Assembly (NCBI GenBank): GCA_037142615.1
Contig: JBAXAI010000008.1
Span: forward strand, 1 to 64,000
From: Spirochaetales bacterium
GTDB taxonomy: Bacteria > Spirochaetota > Spirochaetia > JABEVK01
DNA length: 64,000 bases
Reading direction: 5' to 3'
The stretch's first letter is position 1, and each line of letters opens with the position of its first letter. Below are positions 47,401 to 57,468 of this stretch, piece after piece. Position numbers and translations under genes: made by a program. The notes beneath the pieces are model-generated. The model was not told the DNA's origin. It did not search any database and worked only from the letters and a program-made list of their open reading frames with translations.

Positions 47401-49488
47401 ATGGATTTGGAAGCCTTTCGTCAGGCCTACCCTGCCCTCACCGACCTGCGCGAAGCGACCGAGTTTCTGCTCGCTTTTTCGGAAGACGCGATGCAGGACT
47501 GCCCGGACGACTTGGCGCCCTTGGTAGAGGCTGCCAGGCTCTCGTGCCGTTCGGCTGGTCTTGTGGGCCTGGCCGCTCTGTGTGACCGCCTGCTGGGCTG
47601 GTTCGACGTTGACCGTTCCGACTACCCCTCGGCCCTGATAAGGTTTGAAAGGGCTCAGGGTGACTTTTTGGCCTTGGGTGACGAAGCGGGGCGCCTCAAG
47701 GCGCTGAACGGTATCGCCAGCGTGCATAGCGCCCAAGGACGGTTCGAGGCTGCTATCTCTATCTATCGAGAGGCTTTAGCCTTGGCCGAGCAAAGCGGGG
47801 ACCGTCATCAGGCTGTGCTGCTCACTGCCAATCTGGGCTCGTCGCTCAACGATTTGGGCCAGCACGCCGAGGCCGAACCCTACCTGCACCAGGCCGCATT
47901 TTCGGGCTTGCTGTCGCGCCTCAACGAGGCCCTGATCCTTACCGAGTTGGCCAAGTCCTGCCGCAAGCAAGGAAAGCGTGACGAGGCGCAGACTCTCCTG
48001 ATCCGCTCGGTGACGGCCTCGAGGGAAGGGCATTTCCAGTCCACCTTGGCCATTGCGCTGGGTCTGCTCGGCGAATTGATGGTCGAAGCCGGCGAGGCTG
48101 GTGCTACCTCACTGCTCGAAGAGGCCCGCCTGGTCGCGCTCGCAGCTGGCGACCGGGCCGCCGAAACCATGGCCACCCTCGCCCTCGGGCGCAACGAACT
48201 GACGGCTCGGCCCTTGATAGCCCTCGGGCTGTTTGAGCTTTCCTTGGCAACCAGTCTGGAAATTGGGGCCCGCCACCTGGAAATCGAGGCGTACGAGGGC
48301 CTGGCTGCCGCCAACAAGGCCTTGGGCCGCTGGAAGAAGGCCTTCAGCGCTTATGAGGCCTTCCACGCGCTTTCCAAGCTGCTTCGTGACGACAACGTGC
48401 TCAAACAGCTCGACCATCTGAAGGCCGACCAGGCCCGCAAAGAAACGGAACTCTACCAGGAACAGCTTCGCGTCATGGGACTTCTGGGTGAGATTGGCCA
48501 GAAGATCAGCGCCACCCTCGACCTGGAGTCCATTCTTCACATTGTCGATGAGTCGATCGGTTCGCTGATGTCGGCCGATGTGTTTGGTATGGGCCTGTAC
48601 GACGAAGCAAGCGATACCATTGACTACCAGCTGTTCCGCGAGGCCGGCCGCCCGGTCAAACCGTTCCGCTCTCCCGTCAACGGCGACTCGTTTTCTTCGT
48701 GGTGCATCCGGCACCGCGAAGACATCCTCATGGGTGACATGGAAAAAGAACACGGCCGTTACACCAAGGTGCTGACTTTTCCCATTGCGACAGCCGAAGC
48801 CACCGGCAAGTTGACGCGCTCGGGACTCTTCCTCCCGCTGATCGCCGAAGGCCGGGTGGTCGGTGTTCTTTCCGCCCAAAGTTACCAACTCAATGCGTAT
48901 ACCGAGCGCGAGTTGGCGGCGCTCAAGACGCTGGCGGCCTCGATCGCGATCGCGATTGAAAACGCCCGGCTGTTCAAGCAGGTAAACCAGTTGGCCACGG
49001 TAGACTCGTTGACCGGGGCTTCGACCCGCCGCTACCTGTTTTCGCGCACTGAACAGGAGTTTCAGGGCTACCTGAGGCAACAACAGCCCCTGGCGCTGGT
49101 GATGATTGACCTCGACCACTTCAAGAGCCTCAACGACACTTGGGGCCATGCGGTAGGCGATCAGGTGCTGGCCGCCTTTGGCGCCCTGGTGATGACCAGC
49201 AAGAGACCCCACGATATCTTCGGGCGCTACGGGGGTGAGGAGTTCGCCCTGGTCCAAACCGGAACCACGCTCGAAGGTGCCCGCAAGTCGGCCGAGCGCC
49301 TGTGCCGCCAAGTTCGTCAGATGCCACTGGAGCCGGCCAAAGGGCAGGCTCTCAAGGTAACCGCCAGCTTCGGTGTGACAGCCTTCCATCCCGATGACGC
49401 CGACGTCACTTTGGTATTCAGCCGGGCGGACGAGGCCCTGTACGAGGCCAAACAGACCGGGCGCAACCGTGTCGCTGTCCGTCCTTGA
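47401..49488 (+). CDS. TPR-GAF-GGDEF diguanylate cyclase
   Basis: DLDHFK..ND..GH..GD, I-site RPHD, GRYGGEEF, ADEALYEAK..GRN. Confidence 0.92.
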   Translation: MDLEAFRQAYPALTDLREATEFLLAFSEDAMQDCPDDLAPLVEAARLSCRSAGLVGLAALCDRLLGWFDVDRSDYPSALIRFERAQGDFLALGDEAGRLKALNGIASVHSAQGRFEAAISIYREALALAEQSGDRHQAVLLTANLGSSLNDLGQHAEAEPYLHQAAFSGLLSRLNEALILTELAKSCRKQGKRDEAQTLLIRSVTASREGHFQSTLAIALGLLGELMVEAGEAGATSLLEEARLVALAAGDRAAETMATLALGRNELTARPLIALGLFELSLATSLEIGARHLEIEAYEGLAAANKALGRWKKAFSAYEAFHALSKLLRDDNVLKQLDHLKADQARKETELYQEQLRVMGLLGEIGQKISATLDLESILHIVDESIGSLMSADVFGMGLYDEASDTIDYQLFREAGRPVKPFRSPVNGDSFSSWCIRHREDILMGDMEKEHGRYTKVLTFPIATAEATGKLTRSGLFLPLIAEGRVVGVLSAQSYQLNAYTERELAALKTLAASIAIAIENARLFKQVNQLATVDSLTGASTRRYLFSRTEQEFQGYLRQQQPLALVMIDLDHFKSLNDTWGHAVGDQVLAAFGALVMTSKRPHDIFGRYGGEEFALVQTGTTLEGARKSAERLCRQVRQMPLEPAKGQALKVTASFGVTAFHPDDADVTLVFSRADEALYEAKQTGRNRVAVRP

Positions 49489-49550
49489 CCCAGCGGTGTT
49501 GAACTCCGTATGATTATGCGTCTGAAACCCCCGTTATCAAGGAGAATCTG

Positions 49551-51215
49551 ATGTCCCAGTCTGCCCTTCAAAAGGCCCGTTACGCCTACCAGCCCAAGCT
49601 GCCCCCCGCCCTGCGCGGTGAGGTGAACAGCATCGCCGTCAAGCTCGGCGCCGCCACCACTTCGGTGGCCAACCAGAAGGAACTGAAAGACCTTTTCCCC
49701 CACACCTATGGTGCGCCCTTGGCTCAGGTGGGTGCGGGAACGAACGCTGGAGCGTCCAAGAAGCTGACTCTTGCGGTGGTGCTCTCCGGCGGCCAGGCTC
49801 CCGGTGGCCATAATGTCATCGCAGGGGTGTATGACGGCCTCAAGAAGGGCAACAAGGCGAGTCGGTTGTTGGGCGCCCAGGGTGGCCCCAAGGGCCTGAT
49901 CGACGGCAAGTTCACGGAAATCACCGACAAGTTCATGGACGAATACCGCAACACCGGCGGCTTTGACATGATCGGCTCAGGCCGCGACAAGATTGAAAAG
50001 CCCGAGGATCTGGAAAAAGTGGTGGCCGTGATCAAGGCCAATGCCATCGACGGCGTCGTGGTGATCGGCGGCGACGACAGCAACACCAATGCCGCCGTGC
50101 TGGCCGAGTACTTCCGCGCCAACAAAGTGAGCGCCAGCGTGGTCGGTTGCCCCAAGACCATCGACGGAGACCTGAAAAACGAGCACATCGAAACCAGCTT
50201 CGGCTTCGACACCGCCTGCAAAACCTACAGCGAACTCATCGGCAACATCGGCCGCGACGCCAATTCCGCCAAAAAGTACTGGCACTTCATCAAGCTCATG
50301 GGCCGCAGCGCGAGCCACATCACCCTGGAGTGCGGTCTGCAGACGCAAGCCAACCTGACGCTGATAGGTGAAGAAGTCGCCGCCAACAAAAGTACCCTCG
50401 ATGCCATCATCGAGCAGGTAGCGGGCGTCGTCGCCAAACGCGCCGAAAAGGGCAACAACTTCGGCATGGTCCTCATTCCCGAAGGGCTCATCGAGTTCAT
50501 TCCCGAAGTCGGGGCACTGATCTCGCAGCTTAGCGACGTGCTGGCCCACGACCATGATGGGGCCAACGAGTTCGAGAAGGCGCCCAATCTCGGCGCTCAG
50601 CTTGGGTGGCTCGAGAAGAAGCTGACCAACGCCAACATGGGCGTGTTGGCGTCGCTTCCGGCCGATATCCAGCGCCAACTGTTCTTGGACCGCGATAGCC
50701 ACGGCAATGTGCAGGTGAGCCTCATCGAAACCGAAAAACTGGTCATCGAAATGGTCAAGCGGAAACTCAAAGTTTGGTCAGCCGAGGGCAAGTATAAGGG
50801 CAAGTTCGCAGCCCTGAGCCATTTCTTCGGGTACGAAGGGCGCTGCGCGTTCCCGTCGAACTTCGACGCCGACTACTGCTACAGCCTGGGCTTCAACGCC
50901 TTCGTGCTTTTCAGCGCCGGGCTCACCGGCTACCTGAGCTCGGTGAAGAACACCCACAAGAGCGCCGACCAATGGACCTGCGGCGGGGTGCCGATCACGA
51001 TGATGATGAACCTCGAGCAACGCCACGGCAAACCCAAGCCGGTCATCAAGAAGGCTCTGGTGGAACTGGATGGTAAACCCTTCCTGTACCTGAAGAAGCA
51101 CCGCGAAGCGTGGGCCACCGAGACCTCCTACCTCTTCCCGGGGGCCATCCAGTACTACGGCCCGCCCGAAGTGTGCGACCAGCCTACCAAGACCCTTTTG
51201 CTGGAACAGAACTAG
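49551..51215 (+). CDS. pfp: Pyrophosphate-dependent phosphofructokinase (long type)
   Basis: SGGQAPGGHNV, GGDDSNTNAA, PKTIDGDLK, MGRSASH, GYEGR. Confidence 0.96.
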   Translation: MSQSALQKARYAYQPKLPPALRGEVNSIAVKLGAATTSVANQKELKDLFPHTYGAPLAQVGAGTNAGASKKLTLAVVLSGGQAPGGHNVIAGVYDGLKKGNKASRLLGAQGGPKGLIDGKFTEITDKFMDEYRNTGGFDMIGSGRDKIEKPEDLEKVVAVIKANAIDGVVVIGGDDSNTNAAVLAEYFRANKVSASVVGCPKTIDGDLKNEHIETSFGFDTACKTYSELIGNIGRDANSAKKYWHFIKLMGRSASHITLECGLQTQANLTLIGEEVAANKSTLDAIIEQVAGVVAKRAEKGNNFGMVLIPEGLIEFIPEVGALISQLSDVLAHDHDGANEFEKAPNLGAQLGWLEKKLTNANMGVLASLPADIQRQLFLDRDSHGNVQVSLIETEKLVIEMVKRKLKVWSAEGKYKGKFAALSHFFGYEGRCAFPSNFDADYCYSLGFNAFVLFSAGLTGYLSSVKNTHKSADQWTCGGVPITMMMNLEQRHGKPKPVIKKALVELDGKPFLYLKKHREAWATETSYLFPGAIQYYGPPEVCDQPTKTLLLEQN

Positions 51216-51232
51216 GACGAAGGATCACGGTC

Positions 51233-51886
51233 GTGCTGGAATACATCCACCGCCAGAATATTGACGACCGTGTCCTGAAACGGGCGGTGCGGGTCCTCCG
51301 CGAAGGGGGACTCGTCGCCTTCCCCACCGATACCAGTTGGAGTGTGGCCTGCGACATCAAGTCGCGGGCCGGGGTGGAAAAACTCCGCAAGCTCAAAAAC
51401 ACCAACGACTTCACGCCCACCGTGATGACCACCGGCTTCACCCAGTGGAATGAGTACGTGGACTTGGACAATCGGGCCTACCGGCTGGTCAAGGACTACG
51501 CGCCGGGGCCTTTTGTGTTTGTTTTTCCGGCCAAGCCCCACTTGAAGAACCACTTGGGGCCCAAAAGGTTGGAAGTGGGGTTGCGCATCCCCGACCACCC
51601 CGTTCCGCTGGCGCTGGTGTCGGCGCTCGAAAATCCGCTGCTGAGCATCACCTGCACCCGCAAGTTCTCGCAGCCCGGCTGGTGGGACGACGCCTTTGCG
51701 CAGGAGTACCTGTTCGAGTCGGGCAACGAGCTCGACGACATCACCGCCATCGACCTGATTCTCGATACCGGCGAGCTGCTTCCCATGGTGCTGGCAACGG
51801 TCGTCGACATGACGGGAGCTGAACCCTTGGTCCTCCGTCGAGGCGTCGGCGAGATCGACTTGGAGCTGGCCTCGCCTGCCTCCTGA
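51233..51886 (+). CDS. Sua5/YciO/YrdC family protein (YciO-like)
   Basis: GGLVAFPTDT, PGPF, VGLRIPDHP, TVVD, LRRG.G; GTG after AAGGA. Confidence 0.85.
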   Translation: MLEYIHRQNIDDRVLKRAVRVLREGGLVAFPTDTSWSVACDIKSRAGVEKLRKLKNTNDFTPTVMTTGFTQWNEYVDLDNRAYRLVKDYAPGPFVFVFPAKPHLKNHLGPKRLEVGLRIPDHPVPLALVSALENPLLSITCTRKFSQPGWWDDAFAQEYLFESGNELDDITAIDLILDTGELLPMVLATVVDMTGAEPLVLRRGVGEIDLELASPAS

Positions 51887-51895
51887 AAAAGAGGC

Positions 51896-51924
51896 TTGAC
51901 TTTTCATAGCCACTAGCCGATATT
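51896..51924 (+). promoter_or_regulatory. Putative sigma-70 promoter driving an intergenic transcript
   Basis: TTGACT-N17-GATATT. Confidence 0.5.
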
Positions 51925-51929
51925 GGTAA

Positions 51930-52076
51930 ATGGAACGAGAAAAAGGATCATCAGGCTGGGCGGAAAGCGAGAATGACCTGGAATGATCTTTTGTAGAACG
52001 ATTCGCACCTGAGGTCTTTTTCTTTTTCCAGGACTAACCGCCATCCCCCGAAAGGGCCGTGAGGCGGTTTTTTTTT
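51930..52076 (+). ncRNA. Candidate structured small RNA (family unassigned)
   Basis: Lies between a promoter and a terminator; the 5' arm 51931-51955 is complementary to both 51977-51992 and 52008-52030. Confidence 0.45.
52036..52076 (+). terminator. Intrinsic terminator
   Basis: AACCGCC...GGCGGTT stem with an internal CCC-GAAA-GGG hairpin, followed by T9. Confidence 0.75.
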
Positions 52077-52099
52077 GCCCTGCGACTGAAGGCTCAGCC

Positions 52100-52807
52100 T
52101 CAGTTTCCACTTTCGTAAGTGACGAGTTCCAGCGTGCGCAGGGGCGACCCTGGGCCACCCAAGGGGCCTTCGCTGCGGATCAGCAGGTGTGGTGCCGCTG
52201 CGGCAAACCACAGCCTGGTTTTGCCCACAAACGGTCCATAAATGCCGGTCAGGCCGACTTCCACCGGCAGACAGTCCCACGACTTGCCTCCCACCGTGAC
52301 TTTCTGCACCGCGAGGACGTTGAGCTCGAGCGAGTAATCGCCGCTCGACGCGTTGGCACCCAAAAACACCAAGCGCGCGTGTGACACCCGCTCGAAGGGA
52401 AAACCCCGCAGCGCAAAGACGAGCGACGAAAGATCAGCAATCACGAGTTCATCGCTGGCGGCGCTGTGCAGATTCTGCAGGAACTCCGTCTGCCGGCGAA
52501 TCACGGCGTCTTTGGTTCGGGTGGTGGCGTCGATGGCAACCGGGAACAAGGTCTTCGGTTCAAAGCGGACGGCCGTGTCGCCTTCTGCTGCTTTGGTTGT
52601 CCATTCAAGCCAGCTTTTTCCGGAGTCGGAACGGCGTTTGAGCGCCATTTCTACGGTGTTCGTCGTTTTGTTCACCTGCTCGCGATAAACCATGCGCTCG
52701 CTTGCCGGAAAGCCGGGGTCCGACAGGGTGATTTCGGCAAAAGCGGGGGCAACGAGGCAGGAAGTAACAAGGCAAGCCAACAGAACAACGCGGCGAACAA
52801 GTTTCAT
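52100..52807 (-). CDS. Hypothetical exported beta-rich protein (DUF3108-like)
   Basis: Signal peptide ending AFA; KVTVGG.SWDC and RLWF....PHLL motifs. Confidence 0.65.
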   Translation of the reverse strand: MKLVRRVVLLACLVTSCLVAPAFAEITLSDPGFPASERMVYREQVNKTTNTVEMALKRRSDSGKSWLEWTTKAAEGDTAVRFEPKTLFPVAIDATTRTKDAVIRRQTEFLQNLHSAASDELVIADLSSLVFALRGFPFERVSHARLVFLGANASSGDYSLELNVLAVQKVTVGGKSWDCLPVEVGLTGIYGPFVGKTRLWFAAAAPHLLIRSEGPLGGPGSPLRTLELVTYESGN

Positions 52808-52827
52808 CCCTGCAAGATCGCTTCGGA

Positions 52828-54792
52828 TCAGGGCGAGGTCAAGACCCGGAAGGTCAGATTCGCCGGGCGAAACACAACCGTGTAGGTGACGCCGGGCGTG
52901 GTGGCGAGTTGGAAGTTATCGTCGGAGGTGCCGTCACTGACAACCGAGGCCGACGCTGCAAGCGTGGACCCCGCAGGAACGGGCGTCGAGGCGTCGTAGG
53001 TGGCGCTGGCAAAGGGCCACGCGGTCGTCCAGCCCTGGGAACCAAACTTGAACGTGACCCACCCCCCCGCCGGAGCAACAAAAGACCGTGAAAGGGTTCC
53101 CGTGCCGTCGTCGGCCAGCAACTGAGAGTCATCCCAGGGTTTTGTGGTCATCGACCCGCGCAAGTACAGCGGCCCGTCAGTGGCACGCTCTACCAACGCC
53201 CCGGGCGTATCGAGCGCGTAAACGCGCAGGGCATACGGCGGCAGGTTGCGCACGGTCAGGGTGCCCGCGCCCGCCACCTTGTCGTCGGTCCCGAACACCG
53301 TCGTGACGGAAACAAAGCCTCCGGGAACTGTGAGGAGCGGCGAGGCCAAATTGCCTAGATTGGCCACGACCAGCGCCCGAGCCCCGGTGCAACCCGTGAG
53401 GAGAAACGCCACAATATCGGCGGCCGAGCTCACGGTTACCCCTTGGATGGCCGGGTCGGTGTACGCTCCCAGCGCGGTGCGCAGGTGAAGCAGTTGACTG
53501 TGCCAGGTCCACAGCGAGTCGGAGGCCAACGCTTGGGCGACTTCGGAGGACCAATTGAACGCCTGCCGAAGGTTGAGGTCGTTGCCGGCCGCCCCGGTCA
53601 TCCCGATCTCGTTGCCGTAGTACACGATCGGCGTCCCCCGCCCCAAGATTGACAAAGCGGCGGCGAGTTGGGCTTTTTCGGGCTGGCCGGCCCACAGGGT
53701 AGCGGGCCGGTCAACCACATTGTCGTGGTTCGACTGGAACACACCGAAGGCGCTGCCGGCCGGCAGCGACGCATTGTCGTCCACCAGGTGACTCAGCAGC
53801 GCCGACGCGCCTCCCGAGGTCAAGTTGTCGCGCAGGGTGTAGGGCCAAATAAAGTCGAGCGCCACATGGAACTCGGGAACACCCCCATTGTTGAGGTAGC
53901 TGCGCACGTTGTTCAGGTCGCCGTCCCAGTTTTCGGCCATCATGAACTTGGCGTAGCCCTGGCTCGTGTACGAGTCCAGGAGTGACCTCAGGTTGTCGAA
54001 AAACGTGTGGGTTTCGGGCTGGTCTTTGAAGTCGCCGTTGGGACCTTCCACCAGGTACTTCACGGCGTCGATGCGCAGGCCGTCGAAGCCAAAGTTCAGC
54101 CATCGGGTGACCACATTGCGCATTTCGGTGACGACCTCGGTATTGCGGTAGTCTAGGTCTGGCATAGAGTTGCTGAACAGGCCGTAGTAGTAGGGCCCCG
54201 CTCCCCACCAGGGGCCGCCCGAAGCGAACGCCGTCCAGCCCGAGGGCTTGGTGGTGCGCCAAACGTACCAGTCCTTGTGGGTCGTGAACCACGGTGACTG
54301 GTTGCTGGTGTGGTTGGGCACAAAGTCAAAAAGCACCCGCAGTCCCTTCGCGTGCGCCGCCAGCAGCAAGTGAGCCAGGTCGTCCCGGGTTCCGAACAGC
54401 GGGGCCACGGTGTCATAGTCAAGGGTATCGTAGCCGTGTTTGTTCCCGCTGCCGGTCGTCAGTGTGGTTGCCTTGAAGATCGGCGACAGCCAAAGCGTGT
54501 TGACGCCCAGGCTGGCGAAATACCCTGCGTTGACCTTGGCCGTCAGGCCGTTGAGGTCGCCGGTGCCGTCGCCGTTGCTGTCGGCAAACGAGGCCACCCA
54601 CAGGTGGTAAATGGCCGTGTTGGAGCGCTCCCAGCCCGCAGCGGCTCCCAGTGATTGACTCGCGGGAGTCAACGCGGGGTCGGGAACCACGGGTTCGGTC
54701 GACGTGGGTAAGTTCCCAGCGGGAACAGGCGCCCCGCAGGACGCGAACATCAGCCACAGCAACAGTACGAACGTGAAGCGCAACAGGTTCAT
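52828..54792 (-). CDS. GH13 alpha-amylase lipoprotein with a C-terminal starch-binding-like module
   Basis: Lipobox FASC; DSNGDGTGD, HGYD, DFVPNH, catalytic RIDAVKY, AENW, NHD; tail LYLRGS...W...FKF. Confidence 0.92.
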   Translation of the reverse strand: MNLLRFTFVLLLWLMFASCGAPVPAGNLPTSTEPVVPDPALTPASQSLGAAAGWERSNTAIYHLWVASFADSNGDGTGDLNGLTAKVNAGYFASLGVNTLWLSPIFKATTLTTGSGNKHGYDTLDYDTVAPLFGTRDDLAHLLLAAHAKGLRVLFDFVPNHTSNQSPWFTTHKDWYVWRTTKPSGWTAFASGGPWWGAGPYYYGLFSNSMPDLDYRNTEVVTEMRNVVTRWLNFGFDGLRIDAVKYLVEGPNGDFKDQPETHTFFDNLRSLLDSYTSQGYAKFMMAENWDGDLNNVRSYLNNGGVPEFHVALDFIWPYTLRDNLTSGGASALLSHLVDDNASLPAGSAFGVFQSNHDNVVDRPATLWAGQPEKAQLAAALSILGRGTPIVYYGNEIGMTGAAGNDLNLRQAFNWSSEVAQALASDSLWTWHSQLLHLRTALGAYTDPAIQGVTVSSAADIVAFLLTGCTGARALVVANLGNLASPLLTVPGGFVSVTTVFGTDDKVAGAGTLTVRNLPPYALRVYALDTPGALVERATDGPLYLRGSMTTKPWDDSQLLADDGTGTLSRSFVAPAGGWVTFKFGSQGWTTAWPFASATYDASTPVPAGSTLAASASVVSDGTSDDNFQLATTPGVTYTVVFRPANLTFRVLTSP

Positions 54793-54835
54793 CGGGTTAC
54801 CACCGGCCCTAAACTACGCCCGACAGGCACCGAAG

Positions 54836-54925
54836 TTCAACCGGTTTAGACAACTTTGGAGAATTTGCCTGCGCGCTGCCGAAAGTCGTGTTTTCATGAT
54901 TCAACCGGTTTATTAAATCGGTTCA
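54836..54925. promoter_or_regulatory. Cluster of LacI-family-like operators in the divergent amylase/OMP intergenic region
   Basis: TTCAACCGGTTTA at 54836-54848 and 54900-54912 (exact repeat with palindromic core AACCGGTT), plus AATCGGTT at 54916-54923. Confidence 0.7.
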
Positions 54926-54966
54926 CGGGCGAGCTGCTTACGAAGCTTGCTCTTTCGGAGGAATAT

Positions 54967-56961
54967 GTGATCAGACGAGCGAGCTTGACAACTCTCTGCC
55001 TATTGATGGCGGGGTTGCTGTTTGCCGAGGTCCGCATCAAGGACCTGGACGGGACCAACGTGGAAATCACGTTTACCTACAAGGATGACAAAGCCTCGGA
55101 AATGGGAGTCATCGGCAGTCTTGATAACTGGACCGTTCCCGGCGAAGCGATGGAAAAGAACGCCGATGGCCTGTGGGAAAAGACCATCAAGGCCTTGGCG
55201 ACCGATGAGATCCAGTACAAGTTTTACTCCAAGGGCTCGTGGATCTTCGACGAAAAGTCCCCCGACAAAAAAGACGATGGGTACGGCGCGTTCAACGGCC
55301 TCATCGTGGTGGCCGACATCCTCAGTGGCGTCACCCCGGCAGTACCGGGCGCCGCGCCAGTCACTGTGGCAGGCGTCGCGGTGGTCAACACCTACCCCAG
55401 CAAGCTCAGCTTCGGCATGACAGCCGTCGTCGGTTCAAAAACAACTTTCGCCACCCAGGGCATGGTCGACAAGACCGTCAAAGGCCTGGAAACCGACACC
55501 ACAGGCCTGTACGGGCGAATGACCTGGAACTTCAACGGTACGCTGATGCCGGGCATGACTGTGTTCTTCAATGGAACGGCCTTTGACAAGTACGTTCCCT
55601 TGTGGCAACAGGATTCCACCGGTTTGGTGTCGCCGACGCTGGACCAGAGTGTGGCAGCCCTGGTGAGCGGCCTGTTGGCCAACCCGATCAACTACCTGGG
55701 CGGTGCCAACCCGTCGCTCACTTCGCTCAAAACCGGTATCGAGACACCGCTGCTCAAAATCGAAACCGGTACCGGACAGGCTGCGCCGACCAAGCACAAC
55801 CCGGTGCTGTGGGACACCTTGACCTCGACCAACGCCAACGACGGCTACCTGCGCTTCGACTTGGGGTCAGACCTGCGCAAATGGGGCCCCTTGACCCTTG
55901 ATGCCAACCTCACGCCGAATCGCATCCAGGGCAATCTGGCGGCTTTTGGCTGGATCACTGCGAACGTGGAAAGCTCCACGGTAGACTTCACCTACGCCGC
56001 AAAATCGGCCACCTCGACCGATGTCGCCGCTTTTTTCGACAAAGTCTACGCGCAGGACTTTGCTGCGGGGGTCAAGTCCAGCTTGTTTGGCATTGACCTT
56101 TGGGCCCAGGGCTTGGTGAACGTGTTCAGCGAAAGCCCGTTCGACCCCCTCACGCAATCGGCCGGTGAAGTGAAGCTGGGCTGGAACGGTCCCAAAGACA
56201 TTCTCGATGTCAGCGCCGCCTACCGCTATACGGGCACCATGGCCACCATGATCTTTGGCAACAACAACGATGGCACGGGAACCCAGGGCACCCAGCGCGT
56301 GGCTGTCACCCTGTTCAGCAAGCCGCTCGACAACCTGAAACTGGGTGTCGATGGCAACGGAGTTCTCACCACCGCCAAACTGGCCCAGAACGCGGTCGAG
56401 TTTTACGCCAAGCCCTACTTGGAGCTTCAACTGGCACCCTACCTGGGCAAGACTGCGACCTTAAACGCCTACGCTAAAATGAATTACAACTTGACCGACG
56501 GTGCCACCTACGTTGAAAAGGGGTCGGCGGGACCGTTCATCCTGGGCGAAGGTGGAGCCAAGTTCTGGTTCGCCGACCCGATTCCGGGGGTCTTTACCGG
56601 CGTAGACACCTTTTTGGGCGTGAACAACTGGGACAAGACCAAGGTGTTCACCTCGCTGGTCACCAGCTGGAAACTGCCGGGCAATGGCGAGATCGATGTG
56701 GGAACGGGCCTGCGAACCGTGCGCGACACGGCAGCAGCCTCGGTGTCTACGGCCAACAATGCGGTTGGGTTCGCCTTGGGCGGCTCACTCAAGTTGCCGT
56801 TTCCGGAACTCAAGAGTCCGTTGCTCTACGGAGCCTTCACCTGGAACATGGACCCCTTCGGCGAAGGGTATTACAGCCTGAGCGATTACATCACCAGCGG
56901 GGGCGCTGCCCAAAGCGACGGCAAGTCGCAACTGCGCGCCTTCCTCAAGTGGGAGTTCTAA
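54967..56961 (+). CDS. Exported protein: CBM48/AMPK-beta-like glycogen-binding domain plus probable outer-membrane beta-barrel (paralogue 1)
   Basis: GTG after GGAGG, signal peptide, VIGSLDNW...GLWEK...YKFYSKGSWIFD, amphipathic strands, C-terminus LRAFLKWEF. Confidence 0.75.
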   Translation: MIRRASLTTLCLLMAGLLFAEVRIKDLDGTNVEITFTYKDDKASEMGVIGSLDNWTVPGEAMEKNADGLWEKTIKALATDEIQYKFYSKGSWIFDEKSPDKKDDGYGAFNGLIVVADILSGVTPAVPGAAPVTVAGVAVVNTYPSKLSFGMTAVVGSKTTFATQGMVDKTVKGLETDTTGLYGRMTWNFNGTLMPGMTVFFNGTAFDKYVPLWQQDSTGLVSPTLDQSVAALVSGLLANPINYLGGANPSLTSLKTGIETPLLKIETGTGQAAPTKHNPVLWDTLTSTNANDGYLRFDLGSDLRKWGPLTLDANLTPNRIQGNLAAFGWITANVESSTVDFTYAAKSATSTDVAAFFDKVYAQDFAAGVKSSLFGIDLWAQGLVNVFSESPFDPLTQSAGEVKLGWNGPKDILDVSAAYRYTGTMATMIFGNNNDGTGTQGTQRVAVTLFSKPLDNLKLGVDGNGVLTTAKLAQNAVEFYAKPYLELQLAPYLGKTATLNAYAKMNYNLTDGATYVEKGSAGPFILGEGGAKFWFADPIPGVFTGVDTFLGVNNWDKTKVFTSLVTSWKLPGNGEIDVGTGLRTVRDTAAASVSTANNAVGFALGGSLKLPFPELKSPLLYGAFTWNMDPFGEGYYSLSDYITSGGAAQSDGKSQLRAFLKWEF

Positions 56962-56965
56962 CAAG

Positions 56966-57454
56966 ATGAAATCAAAAACGCATTTTCTGGCGGGGTGGGC
57001 CACCCTGCTTCTGACCTTGGGGCTGCTGACCAGCTGCGACCACGTGCTCCACAACGGCACTTCGATGGCGATCAGCCAGGTCAAGCTCATCGGGCTGCCG
57101 TCGTCGCCCTACGCGGCCGGCACCTCGATGGTGTTCAGCTACAACACCGGCAACGGCTGGATTCATGACCAGGATTCGACGTTCACCGATGCCAAGTACT
57201 CGGCGAAAGTTCTGGCGGACGGCTCGTGGACTCTGAACTTCAGCCCGGCGTTGCTCCTGACGGCTTCGCAACTGCAATACCTGCTGATCGACGCGGGCAA
57301 AAACTGGAACACGATGAAAATCACCAAAAAGATCAGTGGCCAAAGCGGAATCGGCGACGACGGCTTGATGGATAACCTTTGGTCTGGTGCCAGCGCGCCT
57401 ACCTCGCTGGTCGGAACCGTCAGCGGCAGCGACGTGACGTGGGTGTGGCAGTGA
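56966..57454 (+). CDS. Small lipoprotein (beta-sandwich, possibly carbohydrate-binding)
   Basis: Lipobox LLTSC; Trp-rich beta domain. Confidence 0.7.
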   Translation: MKSKTHFLAGWATLLLTLGLLTSCDHVLHNGTSMAISQVKLIGLPSSPYAAGTSMVFSYNTGNGWIHDQDSTFTDAKYSAKVLADGSWTLNFSPALLLTASQLQYLLIDAGKNWNTMKITKKISGQSGIGDDGLMDNLWSGASAPTSLVGTVSGSDVTWVWQ

Positions 57455-57468
57455 GAAGGAACATGACC

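Noticed and set aside
51951-51982. SRP (4.5S) RNA identity for the intergenic RNA
   Set aside because: CAGG...GGAAAGC resembles helix 8 only superficially; the CAGGUCCGGAAGGAAGCAGC pattern is not matched.
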